A stretch of DNA of 64,000 nucleotides, taken from Basidiobolus meristosporus CBS 931.73 (Eukaryota; Fungi; Basidiobolomycota). Position 1 is the first letter of the stretch, and each line of letters begins with the position of its first letter. Location: positions 50,503-114,502 of the forward strand of contig MCFE01000250.1 of assembly GCA_002104905.1 (NCBI GenBank). The letters run 5' to 3'. The notes under the pieces were generated by a model that did no database searches, was not told the origin of the DNA, and saw nothing but the letters and a program-made list of their open reading frames with translations. Positions 41,541-53,109 of the stretch are shown in pieces. A program made the translations under genes and the position numbers.

Positions 41541-42100
41541 TAGAATTGGACTAGTTGTAATTATGGTCTGCTAATGATGGATGGGAATTATATAGTGAAA
41601 CTCCGCAGTGGCTTTCCGCAATGGACACAACTCCGCAGTTAATTTAGCCGTCAGGATCGTATGCATTAGTACCCTTGATTATATTGCATATAGTTATTCA
41701 TAATGAATTAAACAATAAACATCCTAAAACTAAATTATTGTTTTTGGGCTTCTTCCATATGAATTACTATGAGCTGTGCTGGAAGGTAATCTGGCAGTAA
41801 GCATGAACTGAACATAAATACATGAGAATACCATGTCTTTACACTCTGAATATATGCCATTTCTCACGCTGGTGGGTCATTCGAACCACAAAAATATGCC
41901 GCACAAACGCGAATAGTCTCAAAAATACGTGTTAAGCTTGGCCAGGAATCAATGATATCACAATGAGACTCGCACTTGGTCTTCAACTTGTAGAACGAGA
42001 AAAAGTCAGCATTTTAATCCATGAGTTTACATAAAATGAATGTCCGACTTCTAAATAGAAGGGTACTATATGCGATATTTTGATTATATGTAAATAGAGC

Positions 42101-45085
42101 TTAATGAAATAGAAAACTATGTTGAATTGATGATAGGGTAAATGCTTCCTCATAGATCTGCTTCTGCTCGGCAAGATGCTTCACGTAAATACCATTGGCT
42201 GGGGCAGCACAAGTGGCTCTCCCAACGTATTTGAGCTTGTGTTGGCTGGGTAGTAGCTGATTGAGCCTCGATTCCATGAAGTACCACGCTCCGCCGTTTT
42301 GTGTCTCCTCTTGGCACCACACAAATTCGGATGCTGATGGATACTTGGATATCTCCGCTTCCAAGTCTTCCTTGGGGAACGGGGAGTATTCCTCCACCCT
42401 GATTAGCGCCACTTGATCCACCATTTCTTTCTTGGCCCGTTCCTCTAGCAGCTCATAGTACAGCTTTCCAGAGACGAAGATCACTCGTCGAACTGATAGC
42501 TTGTTGGCTTCCATATCAGAAATCACCGGCTGGAATGAGGTTCCCGGTGCGAAGTCATCCAGATCAGAGACTGCCTTGGGAATGCGCGTGAGCCTTTTAG
42601 GGCCAACAACAATCAGCGGCTTGCGATAGTTTCGCTTCATCTGGCGGCGTAGCACATGGAAGTATTGGGCAGGAGTGGAGCAATTCACCACATGCCAGTT
42701 GACATTGTTGCTGACATTTGGATCGGTGACATTGAACCGATCGCTGGACAGTTGCAGAAAGCGCTCGATGCGGCATGAAGTGTGCTCAGGGCCCGCACCT
42801 TCGTACCCATGAGGAAGCACCAGTACTAGGCCTGACTGACGCAGCCATTTCTCTTCCCCTCCAGAGATGAAGCTGTCGATCACCTCCTGTGCTGAGTTGA
42901 AGAAGTCGCCGAGCTGAGCTTCCCACATGTTCAGCCGGTTTGGAGTCTCCAAGGACATGCCGTACTCGTAGCTCATCACTGCTAGCTCACCAAGCGGGCT
43001 ATCCACCAGTTCAAGCTTCCCTTGGGTCGAGGATAGGTTGTTCAGGGGGGTGTACTTGGTGTTGGTTTGCTGGCAGTTTATCATGGCGTGTCTGGGTATG
43101 AACACGCCGCGGGCCACATCCTGGCCACAAATGCGAGCATGGTGACCCTCAAGTAGGAGAGATCCGATCGCCATGGCCTCCGCTGAGGCATACCCGATCT
43201 TCTTTCCTTCTTTCATCTGCTCCATTCTTGTGTCGATGTTCAGCTTTTGCATTTTCTCGTTCAGCACGATGTCCTTTGCAACGGTGACTGCCCGGATCCC
43301 GATGCTACGCAGAATGCTTGGGTCCACTCCGGTGTCCATTTTGCAAGTGCTCTCCAGTGGGATGACCATCGATCGCCATTTTCCTAGCAAATGAGATGGC
43401 TGCACCTGGTATTTTGGTGCATTTCGGTAGCAGCTCGCGATAGTGAGCATCGTGGCTTGCCTTGATGTTGTTCTTGACATCGACTGAATCAATGGCCTTC
43501 TCGCTGACCAAGTGCTGCGTGTACAAGTCGATGACACTGTCATGAGCCTTGATCTCCTTGTACATCAGCGGCTGTGCGCAGAAGGGGTCCTCTGCCTCGT
43601 GGTGGCCGTGGCGACGATATGTGATCATGTCGATGATGATGTCCTTCCCAAAGGTTTTGCGGTAGTTGACGGCGATTCGGGCGGCAATGGCGGCCATTTC
43701 TGGATGATCACCATTCACATGAATGGCCGGTATTTCCACCATCTTGCCAATGTCAGAGGAATAGGTGGTAGAGCGCCCATTGGCCGAGTCGGTGGTGACG
43801 CTGACTTGGTTGTTGAGCACAATGTGGACGGTGCCTCCGGTGGTGAAGTGAGGGAGATTGGTCAAGCCAAATGTCTCGGTGACTACCCCTTGGCCAGTGA
43901 AGCCCCCATCGCCGTGCATTTGAACACTCATCACCATGTCCTCTACCTTGTAGTCATCCGTCTCCTGTGACAAATAATCCTCCTGCTTGGCTCTGACTTT
44001 GCCAAGGGCAACTGGATTCACGAGTTCCAGATGACAGGGATTGGGGACTACGGATACATGCAGTGGGTGCTTGCCGCCAAGGTTTAGGTCTACGGAGGCC
44101 TGTGCGTTATACACCAGGTCGCCAATGATGTGGGAAGGGATTTCGTCGGGAAATTCGGAGAGCCCTTGGAACTTACGGAACAGCGAGTCCTTGGGAACTC
44201 CCAGTAATTCCATCATGATCTGCATACGACAACGGTGAGTCAGGCACATCACCACCTCCAGCACTCCTGCCTTACTGGAGTGCTCCAGGACCTGTTGGAG
44301 CGCAACAAGCGCACTCTCAGAGCCTTCCAGGCTGAACTGTTTCTGATGGCCACACTCACGCATCATGTAATGATCGAAGGTCTCCGACCTGGCCATCAAC
44401 TCAAGAAACTTATACTTTTCCTCCTTGGAGAAGTTGGTGTCGATACATGTCTCAGCTTGGCTAGCAAACCACCTGCGCAAAGAGTCATCCTGCACATCAA
44501 CATTAGTGGGTGTCAAGCTGAATCATCACATAGCAAGAGGGCTTACGGTGATGTGCATAAACTCAAATGCCATGTGGCCACAGTAAACATTCTCGAGATG
44601 CTCGATGATCTGAGCAAGCGTTGCTTTTGACAGACCCTTCATACTCACAATTCCTAATGCACTGGTGAGTATTGCAGTCAGTGATCAGTAGTGGCTGATC
44701 TTACCTTCAAGTTGGTATTCGGCTTGAGGGTCATCTAGTCCATAGGTTGATGGGTCCAAGGACGCGTCGTGGCTGCAAGTTCATGATGTTAGCTACTGGG
44801 GTTCATCACACATGGATGGTGAGCATACCTCTGATGCCACATATTCAGTGGATCGATGTTGGCGCATTTGTGGCCAAATGAGCGATATGCGTCCACTAGA
44901 CGGACGAGGTTGCTATTCTGAATTCGGTTGGCTATTTCTGATTTGCTGACTGATGTGATGTGATGTGGTCAGTACTGATGGATCAATTGAGAGTAGCATG
45001 AACACTTCTTACATTCTTTCACAGCAACTCTCCGAGCGCTTCTAGCACCATAAAAGGAGGAGCCATTCGAGTTGGAGATGGTCAT
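42101..45085 (-). pseudogene. Second copy of the DHTKD1-like E1 gene with a +1 insertion at ~43443 (pseudogene or assembly error)
   Basis: Near-identical to 227-3204. The local sequence is ATGCTCACTATCG versus ATGTTCATATCG in copy 1, which splits the ORF into 43305-44516 and 42101-43543. Confidence 0.85.
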
Positions 45086-45979
45086 GATGAATGCGGTGCA
45101 GTGCAAGATTGATGCTCGTACCTGGGTGACAAGCTGGGCTTTTATTCAGGTTGTTCGACCTCTGCACTTTGCATGAATTTATTCCTTGGCGTTAAACATT
45201 GTCTCTGATTAGGAGATCAATATGCTGTAAAGGTGGACTGAGTGGTATCATCGACAATGCAAGATGTAGCGATGTAATGCAGAAGAAATCAAAGACTTGG
45301 CATTTGCACCGGTTGGTCGAATTTCAGCTACTTGACCAATTATATGAGTTAAGTGGAGCGCTATTTCCAAATTTCGAATTGACAAGAGCTTGGATATTGG
45401 CGCAGATCTCGAGTACTTTGTAGAAAAATTCTATGTTACTACCTGGCGAACACTACCAACTGGAATATCAGGATTTTGTGGCAAATCTGCTTCAACTTTA
45501 TTGAAATATTGTCAACTGCACTCACCTAGTACTTACCTAAATTTACTTTGGATCTGATATCATTATGATTGTTCTTCCTGAGTTAAGAACTGTTACTAGT
45601 TGCATGAAGCATCTTGTAAAAATTAGGTAAACCAATTATTGGTTGTTTCATTGTTGCTGAAGTGATTCACAATTGCAAGTATTTGTAATCCAGTTTGTTA
45701 GTTGCTTTGCATGCCTGATTTGGACTAAAGGATGCTAACAATAGTGAGTGAAGCATAAGTCAAGTAACTTTTACTATGAGTTTATGTTATCGGCAAAGTT
45801 ATTGTTAGTTTGTGTTTCAAGAGATTACTATTAGGCTTTTTATATGATGTACAAACATCCAATGATGGCTACAGACCAGACTGCTTTAATGGCACTAACC
45901 AGAGTACTGATACAAAATGCCTCAAATATGTACAATACATAGCTATTTTTGTATATTTGGTAATAACATCTTAATATTC

Positions 45980-46330
45980 ACTTGACCTAGTCACTTAGGT
46001 CATAGGCAACAACAGTTTTCTCAATCACATTCAATATCTCCAAATCTCTTGCAGCAGGCTATGAGCCCCAAGCTGTCACTATCTGCAATGCCCACTACTG
46101 ATATAACTGAAGTTTTTTCCTCTGCTCATATTGGATGGATATAATACTCAAGTCTGTGTTACAAGTTTTGTAACTACACCTAAGAACTTGCCTAACTTAG
46201 TCACTTAGATCATGGTCTAGTAATCTTAGAGCATTTTGCCCAAATTCCTAGCTGGGATCTACTTTGAGCATTTTCACCAAAATATTAGGTGCCCAGAATA
46301 TGAAATTGGAGTAGTTGGCTATGCCCTCTC
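45980..46330 (+). mobile_element. Degenerate fragments of the Copia LTR, PBS and gag start
   Basis: CCTAGTCACTTAGGTCAT, CAATATCTCCAA...GGCTATGAGCCC and GCCTAACTTAGTCACTTAGATCAT match the LTR and PBS of 54769-59450. Confidence 0.75.
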
Positions 46331-46787
46331 AGTTCCTTGCTATTCCTTAAGTATTGTAGAGTCCTGGCCTCCCTATCCTTCATTTAAGTAGCGTCTTCAA
46401 GCACACAACACTCAGATACAAATTACCAAACTGTCATCTACTTCACTGCACATTCTCACATTTTCTGGATCAGAATTAATATGTTATGCAGTTGTCCGAT
46501 TGTCCTGATGCCTAAGAAGGAAATCCCAGCGATCATTCCAAAACTCTGGGTAAAAGCCAATCGATCAATAATGCACCATACTGCGGATCGGGGAATAAAT
46601 TGCCCGCTTGAGTCGTTTTCTCTGGAGATGCTTCTATTTGAACGAAGTAGAGGCAAGTTCCCAAAACGCGATTCTCCTCCTATTATTCCGTGCCGGAGGA
46701 ACTCCGCAGGCTACACATATGAGTTTCATTTCCTATAAATGACACGTACTCCGATGCTGCGTTTAACAACTGAACACCAACACTGAT

Positions 46788-47838
46788 ATGACTTCGTCTA
46801 TGAAACAATGCGCGTGGTGGAAGACCTTTGTCACTCCCAGTCGCTACTCCTATGACCGTATCCCTGACCAAACAGGCAAAGTGGCAATCGTCACCGGTGC
46901 CAACTCCGGATTGGGCTTTGAAACCACGGTCGCCTTGGCCGGTCGTGGAGCCCACGTCTTCTTGGCTTGCCGTAGCAAACAACGCGCTCTCGATGCAATC
47001 GAACGAGCAAACAAACGGATCAGGGAGCAGTACCCTAAAGCACCGGGACCAAAACTTGAGTTCTTGGAGTTGGACCTAAACGACATGAACAAGACCAAGA
47101 AGGCTGCGCAGGAGTTCTTGAGAAAAGGTCTTCCGTTGCATTTGTTAGTCAACAACTCGGGTATTGCCAACACGCCGTTTGGATTGACGGTAGATGGCAT
47201 CGAATCCCAGTTTGGAGTCAATCATATGGGGTAAGTATTGAAACAGAGATCGAGAAAAAAGTAATCTACTCACCTGGTTGCTTGTTGTTGCACTTAGGCA
47301 CTTTGTCTTCACAATGGAACTGCTTGATCGAATGAAGGAATCCCAACCATCGAGGATTGTAGTATTGAGCTCTATCGTTCATGAAGCTACCGCTCCTGGG
47401 GGTATTGATTTCGAGACTCTAAATGACGAGTCTATGAGTACACCGTATAGTCGCTACTGCCGGTCCAAGCTCGCAAACTTGCTCTTTGCAAAGGCCCTGG
47501 CACGACGTCTTCAGAATGAGAAGGTTTATGTGAACGTTCTTCACCCCGGGTGGGTTGCGACTGGACTCGATCGCCACGTCAAAGACTCACTCAACAGCTT
47601 CACATCCAGTCTTTTGACGCTACTGACCAGCATGGTGGCCATGAAGCCCAAAGTGGGTGCCTTGACACAACTATATTTGGCGACCAGTCCCGAGATTGAG
47701 GTGAAAGATATCCGAGGACGGTATTTCATTCCGATTGCGAACGAAATCCAACCCAGTGCTTATGCAAGGGATGTGCAACTGCAAGAGGAGTTGTGGAAGT
47801 TTTCGGAAAAGATGGTGAAAGAGAAGGTTTATGCATGA
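46788..47838 (+). CDS. Short-chain dehydrogenase/reductase (RDH12/WWOX-like); intron 47231-47298
   Basis: TGANSGLG, LVNNSGI, FGVNHMGHF, VVLSS, YCRSKLAN (YxxxK), VLHPGWVAT. Confidence 0.93.
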
Positions 47839-48383
47839 AACATATGCGGTAAAAGACGTAGACAAGTCAATTGAATATCAAAATATTAGTAGTGGATATC
47901 CAGTACCCTGAGTAACTAGCAGAGTTATGTAATAGCGTAATTATTCAAGTAAATGGCTCTTAATATTGTCGTTGTAATCGCGGAATCAACTCCATTCTAT
48001 ATCACTACTACGTAGGTCGGCTTTTCCTCCTGGACCGTTACTATGTGCATAGAATTTTGAATGTCAAGTTTTCTTGAAAGTGAAGTACTCAAATTACTCA
48101 ATGTTGATATCATCTTTTGAAGGGAACATATTTCATACAGTCTGCATGCGTGCATATCTGAACTGTTGGAAGCTTCCGCTATAGCTCTTTCCATATTTTT
48201 CTAAGCTCATCTTACGGTTTGCAGCCACTCTTTATGTACCCAAACTTTTCATTGCTTGCTGCATATTAAAGTGGCAGTATAGTAGTTCCTTATTTATGAT
48301 TGATATGTACGTTCGCCTCAAAAGTCGTCCAAGTACTGGTCAGGCTTTTGCATAACTGGATATACTTCAGCACATCGTAAAGA

Positions 48384-49111
48384 TCAAAGTGTGAAGCCCC
48401 TTTTGGAAGAAACAGGCTCATCGGTCTTCTGAACATCATTTTCGCTTAGGCACTTGATGTCGGCATCTGCTCCCACAACCAGCAAAATTGGGCTCAGGTG
48501 CACATAGTTGAATACTGAGAATTGCTCCAACCCATCCATGCTTCTGAAGACATACGAGTTTGTGCTACGAGGGTGCTGGGCACCGGGTGTACAGTAGTAG
48601 TTGTATGCTTCCTTGCAGAGAATGTGAGGCGACCTATGCATCTTCGGCGGTCTTTGGAACCCAGTTGTTCAAGTAAACCTCGTCGCCCTTCACTTCTCTT
48701 GTTCTTTGTCTTGCAGACTCGTGCAGGTCTTCAAATGAGAGGTTACCATACAAATCTTCTCTCCACAAACCACCAACATCTGTTGAGCTGATTCCACCAA
48801 AAGCCTTGATGCGCACAGGTTTGTGCAGTACAAGGAGCGTATCCACCTGAAGCACAGGTCTTCTACTCTCTGATTGGGACCCTCAAGACATCTGGGGAGT
48901 CCTTCACTCTCACCTTGGTAGGCAGCATTGAACCTTAGCGTGAAGAAGCCAAACTTACTCAACCTTACTGCGTAAAGGTCAGTGGCTTACTCCTTCACAC
49001 CACCACCAGTGTGGTTGATAACAACTGCAGCATGCTTTTTCGGTTGTGTATTCTCAGGAAGATAGAGGCAATCTTAGTTCCTTGGCTTTGAAAAGTCACT
49101 TTGCGAGGCAT
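48384..49111 (-). pseudogene. Alpha/beta hydrolase pseudogene (YcjY/COG1073-like, Cys-nucleophile type), intronless
   Basis: Reassembled across frames: MPRKVTFQSQG, NHTGGGVKE*, FNAAYQGESEGLPR...QRVED, CASGGY, RIKA, EAYNYYCTPGAQHPRSTN, LSPILLVVGADAD. Contains a stop, frameshifts and a deletion. Confidence 0.7.
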
Positions 49112-50116
49112 ATATGAAGATGTTTTGCTGCTTGACTATTAGATCAGTTAGATTGCTGCCTGTATACTTATAACTTGTTGTCTAAGTCAGCATACAATAA
49201 GCAGAGTTATCAGAAGTTGTCACCTGGGTGATTATACAACAAGCAGAGTCATCAAAATATCCATAAAGCCATATGTATGATCCGCTACCTAAGATTTTAC
49301 TATAATAGGTAGGCTTCTTGGCGGAACAGTAAGTACTGCGGATGCCAGATCTGAGACAATAACAAATTTTGCTGGCTAAATTTGGAACGGTGCTGTGATC
49401 AGAGCTTCTATTATTTGCTCACTTGGCATTGACTGCTAAGAAATTGGAATTTATGCTAGGGTGACTTTGCTGCCCTTCCATGCCCAAGTCAGAATTTCCG
49501 GTAAATAAACAGCACTCCAACACATTCACAACGTCCAAGGGTTTGCCTGATTCAATACCATATTGTACCCTATAATTTATTAGGTACCCATTACAATATA
49601 GGCCATTCAAGATAAGGAAGGTGTCTATGTTCACTGTGTTGTTGATGAAGCAATGAAGAGCCATCCCACCTGCATATACAGTACTTGCTGTGGCAATAGT
49701 ATTGGTGCAAATGTCTGTTGCCCTGACCACCTGTTTATGCATAGGACTATTGTAGCTTTGGCCATAGTTATGTAAATGTGAACCACTGTGTCTGGGGGAT
49801 CAATGTATGATGAATCACTCTATCTGGGATAATAATGCATAGTGAACAGCACCCTTCTGTTTGGCATACATGAATACACTGGCTGAACCTTATACTTTGA
49901 GGGTAAGCATGCTCAAAATTAAACCTGAGACTCTTATTATTGTTGGCAGTGTTCAGATTGTCATGCTCTCTGGTCACAGTGGTGAGCACCTAATGTAACA
50001 ATAACTCTTGGACATTTGGCATTTTTACAGTGGGTTGAAGCTGGACTTACTGGTAGCAGTTACTTGCTTGTCCAAGTATAAATACCTGCAATAATGGGCT
50101 CTTCTGTGCTCATGAT

Positions 50117-51035
50117 TGTTGTAAAAATTTGTAATTCCACCTAAATATTCACCTAACTTAGTCACTTAGATCAATATCTACAAATCCTAGTGAATACTGA
50201 CCAAATTCCTTGATGAGATTTACATACAATATTCTCACCAAAAACATCAGATACCCAGGACATAAAAATTCTCAATGTTGTCCAAACAGCCCAAAACTTT
50301 GCACACATATTCTTGGGACCTTCATAAGCATATTTTATGTGCTTGTAATGCCAAGACCAGGTTAAAGTATAAATGCTACTTTTACATTTAGTAAGTCATT
50401 GAGTGCACAACACATAGTCTACTTTTTCCCCTTAGCACTTCCAATATCTCCAAGACTCTTATACCAGGTTATGAGCCCCAAGCTATCACTCTCATCAGTG
50501 TCTACTGCTGTTATTGGTGAAATTTCTCCCTCTGCTGAATAGTTGGATGGATCTAACCATCAATTGTGGAAGGTGAAGATGAAGATGCTGCCACAAGTAA
50601 GAGGCCCTTGGGATATAATCACTGAAAAAGAATGCTCTCCAAAAAGTTCAGGAGAGTAGGCCTCATAGTACCAGAAGAAAGAGCAAAGTGCCCTTGATGG
50701 CATTTACCATAATTTTAAAGTCAAATTACCAATTCAATGCTCAAGAGCAGAAATGGCAAAGAATGGATAGAAGGCATTAGAAGGCACCTACCAGTTGTGT
50801 TCAGTTGCTCATAAAGTGTATATTAGGAGAAAATTCTTGACTATAAAGATGCTGCTAGGAGAAGTAATGAAAAATTTAATTAACAGAATTACCCTGTTGG
50901 CTTAAGAGATGGAATCTGTAGGCATTCCAACTACACATGAAGATGTGATAGTTGCCACACTGAATAGCATGACAGACAAGTTCCAGGGCCTTGTATCAGC
51001 CCTAGAGTCCAGAACTGAGAATTTGACTTTAAACT
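50117..51035 (+). mobile_element. Older degenerate Copia copy: 5' LTR (50117-50466), PBS GGTTATGAGCCC and gag fragment, truncated at ~51035
   Basis: Colinear, with many substitutions, with 54769-55685. Confidence 0.88.
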
Positions 51036-51039
51036 AGAG

Positions 51040-51107
51040 CTAGGGTGGAGACAGTTACCAACAGGTCATATCCTTATTTCAGTAGAAACAAAAAAGCCAG
51101 CACTACT
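51040..51107 (-). repeat. Isolated degenerate copy of the LINE-B 3' tail
   Basis: TAGGGTGGAGACAGTTACCAACAGGTCATATCCTTATTTCAGTAGAAACAAAAAAGCCAGCACTACT aligns with 52911-52980 and 63044-63108. Confidence 0.85.
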
Positions 51108-51129
51108 ACCCTAAAAAAAATCAAGAAAA

Positions 51130-51145
51130 GGGTTAGGGTTAGGGG
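51130..51145 (+). repeat. Telomeric repeat tract GGGTTAGGGTTAGGGG at an element junction
   Basis: Directly visible. Confidence 0.9.
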
Positions 51146-52910
51146 TCTAAATTCTTTTATTGAATCTGATCAAGTATAGTAATACTATTTCAACTTGATT
51201 CAAGTTGAAAAGTGCATATTGTATAAAGAAGATATATCTATAGTAATGTGAAGGTAAAATACTGCTCAAGTTGAGTTGAGTTCTGAAAAGAAATTTGTCA
51301 ACAAATCAGGCTAGAAAATGAAGTAAAGCTGGGAGTTATTTGAAAGCAAAGCACTAAGGGAAAGTGTAGAGCTATACTACCACTTCCTGAAAGGCAGGGA
51401 TCTCACAAGAAGGCAGAAGCTCAGGTCTAATTGCAGATATGATATCAGAAAGTCTCTGGATGAGCTCCCTTTGTTTGTGAAATTGGAACAAAGATTGGGT
51501 ATCTTTGAACCCAAAGCAGCTCTCTACATGAGAGAAGTAAAAATACCTGCTACAGTAGGGGCACTTGGAACCCAAGCAAAGTGTGTTCATTCTCCACCTT
51601 ATGGCCTGGAAGGCAAAGAAGGAACTCCTGATGTAAAGGGATATGTCTGCTCCACTATGGGAATGTCTACTCTCATGAGAAATAAGTACAACTCTGTCTT
51701 TTGAGCTAGTAACTCTGGAGATATTCTCCAGCTTCCTTTTATGCATTGCTACAGAGAGAGGAATATGCTCTCTAGGTGGCTTGGCACTGTTGAAGGCCAG
51801 ATAATCTCTATAACCATCAGGAAAGTGTATCTTCTTTCTCACCAATGACTTTGGGGTGGCTTGGACTAAGTTGTTAGTAATCTTATTGACTAAGATCTTC
51901 AAAGGATTATTGGGTGATGCTTTTGCATAGTGCTGCCCAAATCTGATACCTAAAGTCTCAAATCTGATTGGCACAGCCTCAATACCAGTCAGACTATGTA
52001 TAAGCCTCTGATATTGCCTAGAATGGTAGTCAGAAGCATTGACTACCCAGCCAATAGCTTCTTGCTGCAGAGCTTGTAGCTTGGTAATGAGGTCAGGATC
52101 AGCAGCCAAACACATCATAGGAGCAGCATACTCCCAAGATGACCTCACAAAGGCCTTGAATAGCTGTAGCCTAATCAGAGGATGCCATCTGGCCCCTTTG
52201 AGCTGTAGGAATCTCAAAGTGGCAGAAGCCCTTTGAATACACTTTTCAGTGTAAGCTGCCCAAGAAATACCACTTTGACAAGTTGGGAGTCCAAGGTAGC
52301 TGTAAGAGGAAGGTTGAGGCAGAAGGGAGTTATTCAAGGAAATATTCCACTCTGGTGTGGGACCAATGTATGCTGATTTAGCAGTGTTTACCTCCATACC
52401 ATTGGCAGTACACCATTGGCTGACTTTACTCAGCAAACAATTAGCTTCTGAGAGACTCCTAGGCAGCAATTGGATGTCATCAGCAAATAACAGTGCAGAG
52501 GGCACAGCAGCTCCTGAGTCATTGAAGCAGAGACTTTGAGCCAGGTCATCAATGTAGATATTGAACAGGATTGGTGAAAGCAAAGATCCCTGGAATAGCC
52601 CCCTGAGCCTGGGAAATGGAGATGATATCACACCATTAACACTAATGGTGGAATAGCAGGCTGAGAAGAGTGAGTGTACAATCCTAAGAAGCTGACTGGA
52701 TACATTCTGGTTCTTTAGCTTCTTCAGGAGTATTGGGATCACTACCCTATCATATGCTTGCTTCAGGTCAATAAAGATTCTGTGTTTTCTTTCTTCATGA
52801 CCTGATAGGTAAAAAGCATCATGAGATACAACTGAATGTGTTACAGTAGAGTAGCCACCCCTGAAGCCAGCTTGTGCAGGATGAAACTGGGCCAAGGGGG
52901 AGTCCTTCAA
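51132..52910 (-). mobile_element. 5'-truncated non-LTR retroelement, family C (RT with C-terminal CCHC-like finger); CDS remnant 51372-52910
   Basis: QAGFRGGYST, FIDLKQAYDRV, GLFQGSLLSPILFNIYIDDL, LFADD, CPYCSRYFYFSHVESC. The 3' UTR has a 10-bp hairpin (51188-51210) and ends in CCCTAACCCTAACCC. Confidence 0.9.
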
Positions 52911-53109
52911 GGGTTAGGGGGGGAGACAGTCACCAACAGGTGAAATCTTTATCTCAGTTGAAATAAAGAAGCCAGCACTACTGTTGTAGCTTTGATACAA
53001 GAGTGTGTAGCTGAGGGGAATTTGTAGGTAAGTTAATAAGAAGTGATGATAGTTCTTCAGTGCTCAAGACACTGTTCAGTGGGAAGGGGGGTAGCAAGAG
53101 AGGTAAGAA

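Noticed and set aside
49150-50100. ORFs 49419-49742 and 49768-49989 as a Helitron helicase fragment
   Set aside because: Only a vague resemblance to a helicase motif; left as unidentified CpG-poor debris.
52911-52980. Hammerhead ribozyme in the 3' tail (GTGAAA after a hairpin)
   Set aside because: The CUGANGA core is missing on both strands.
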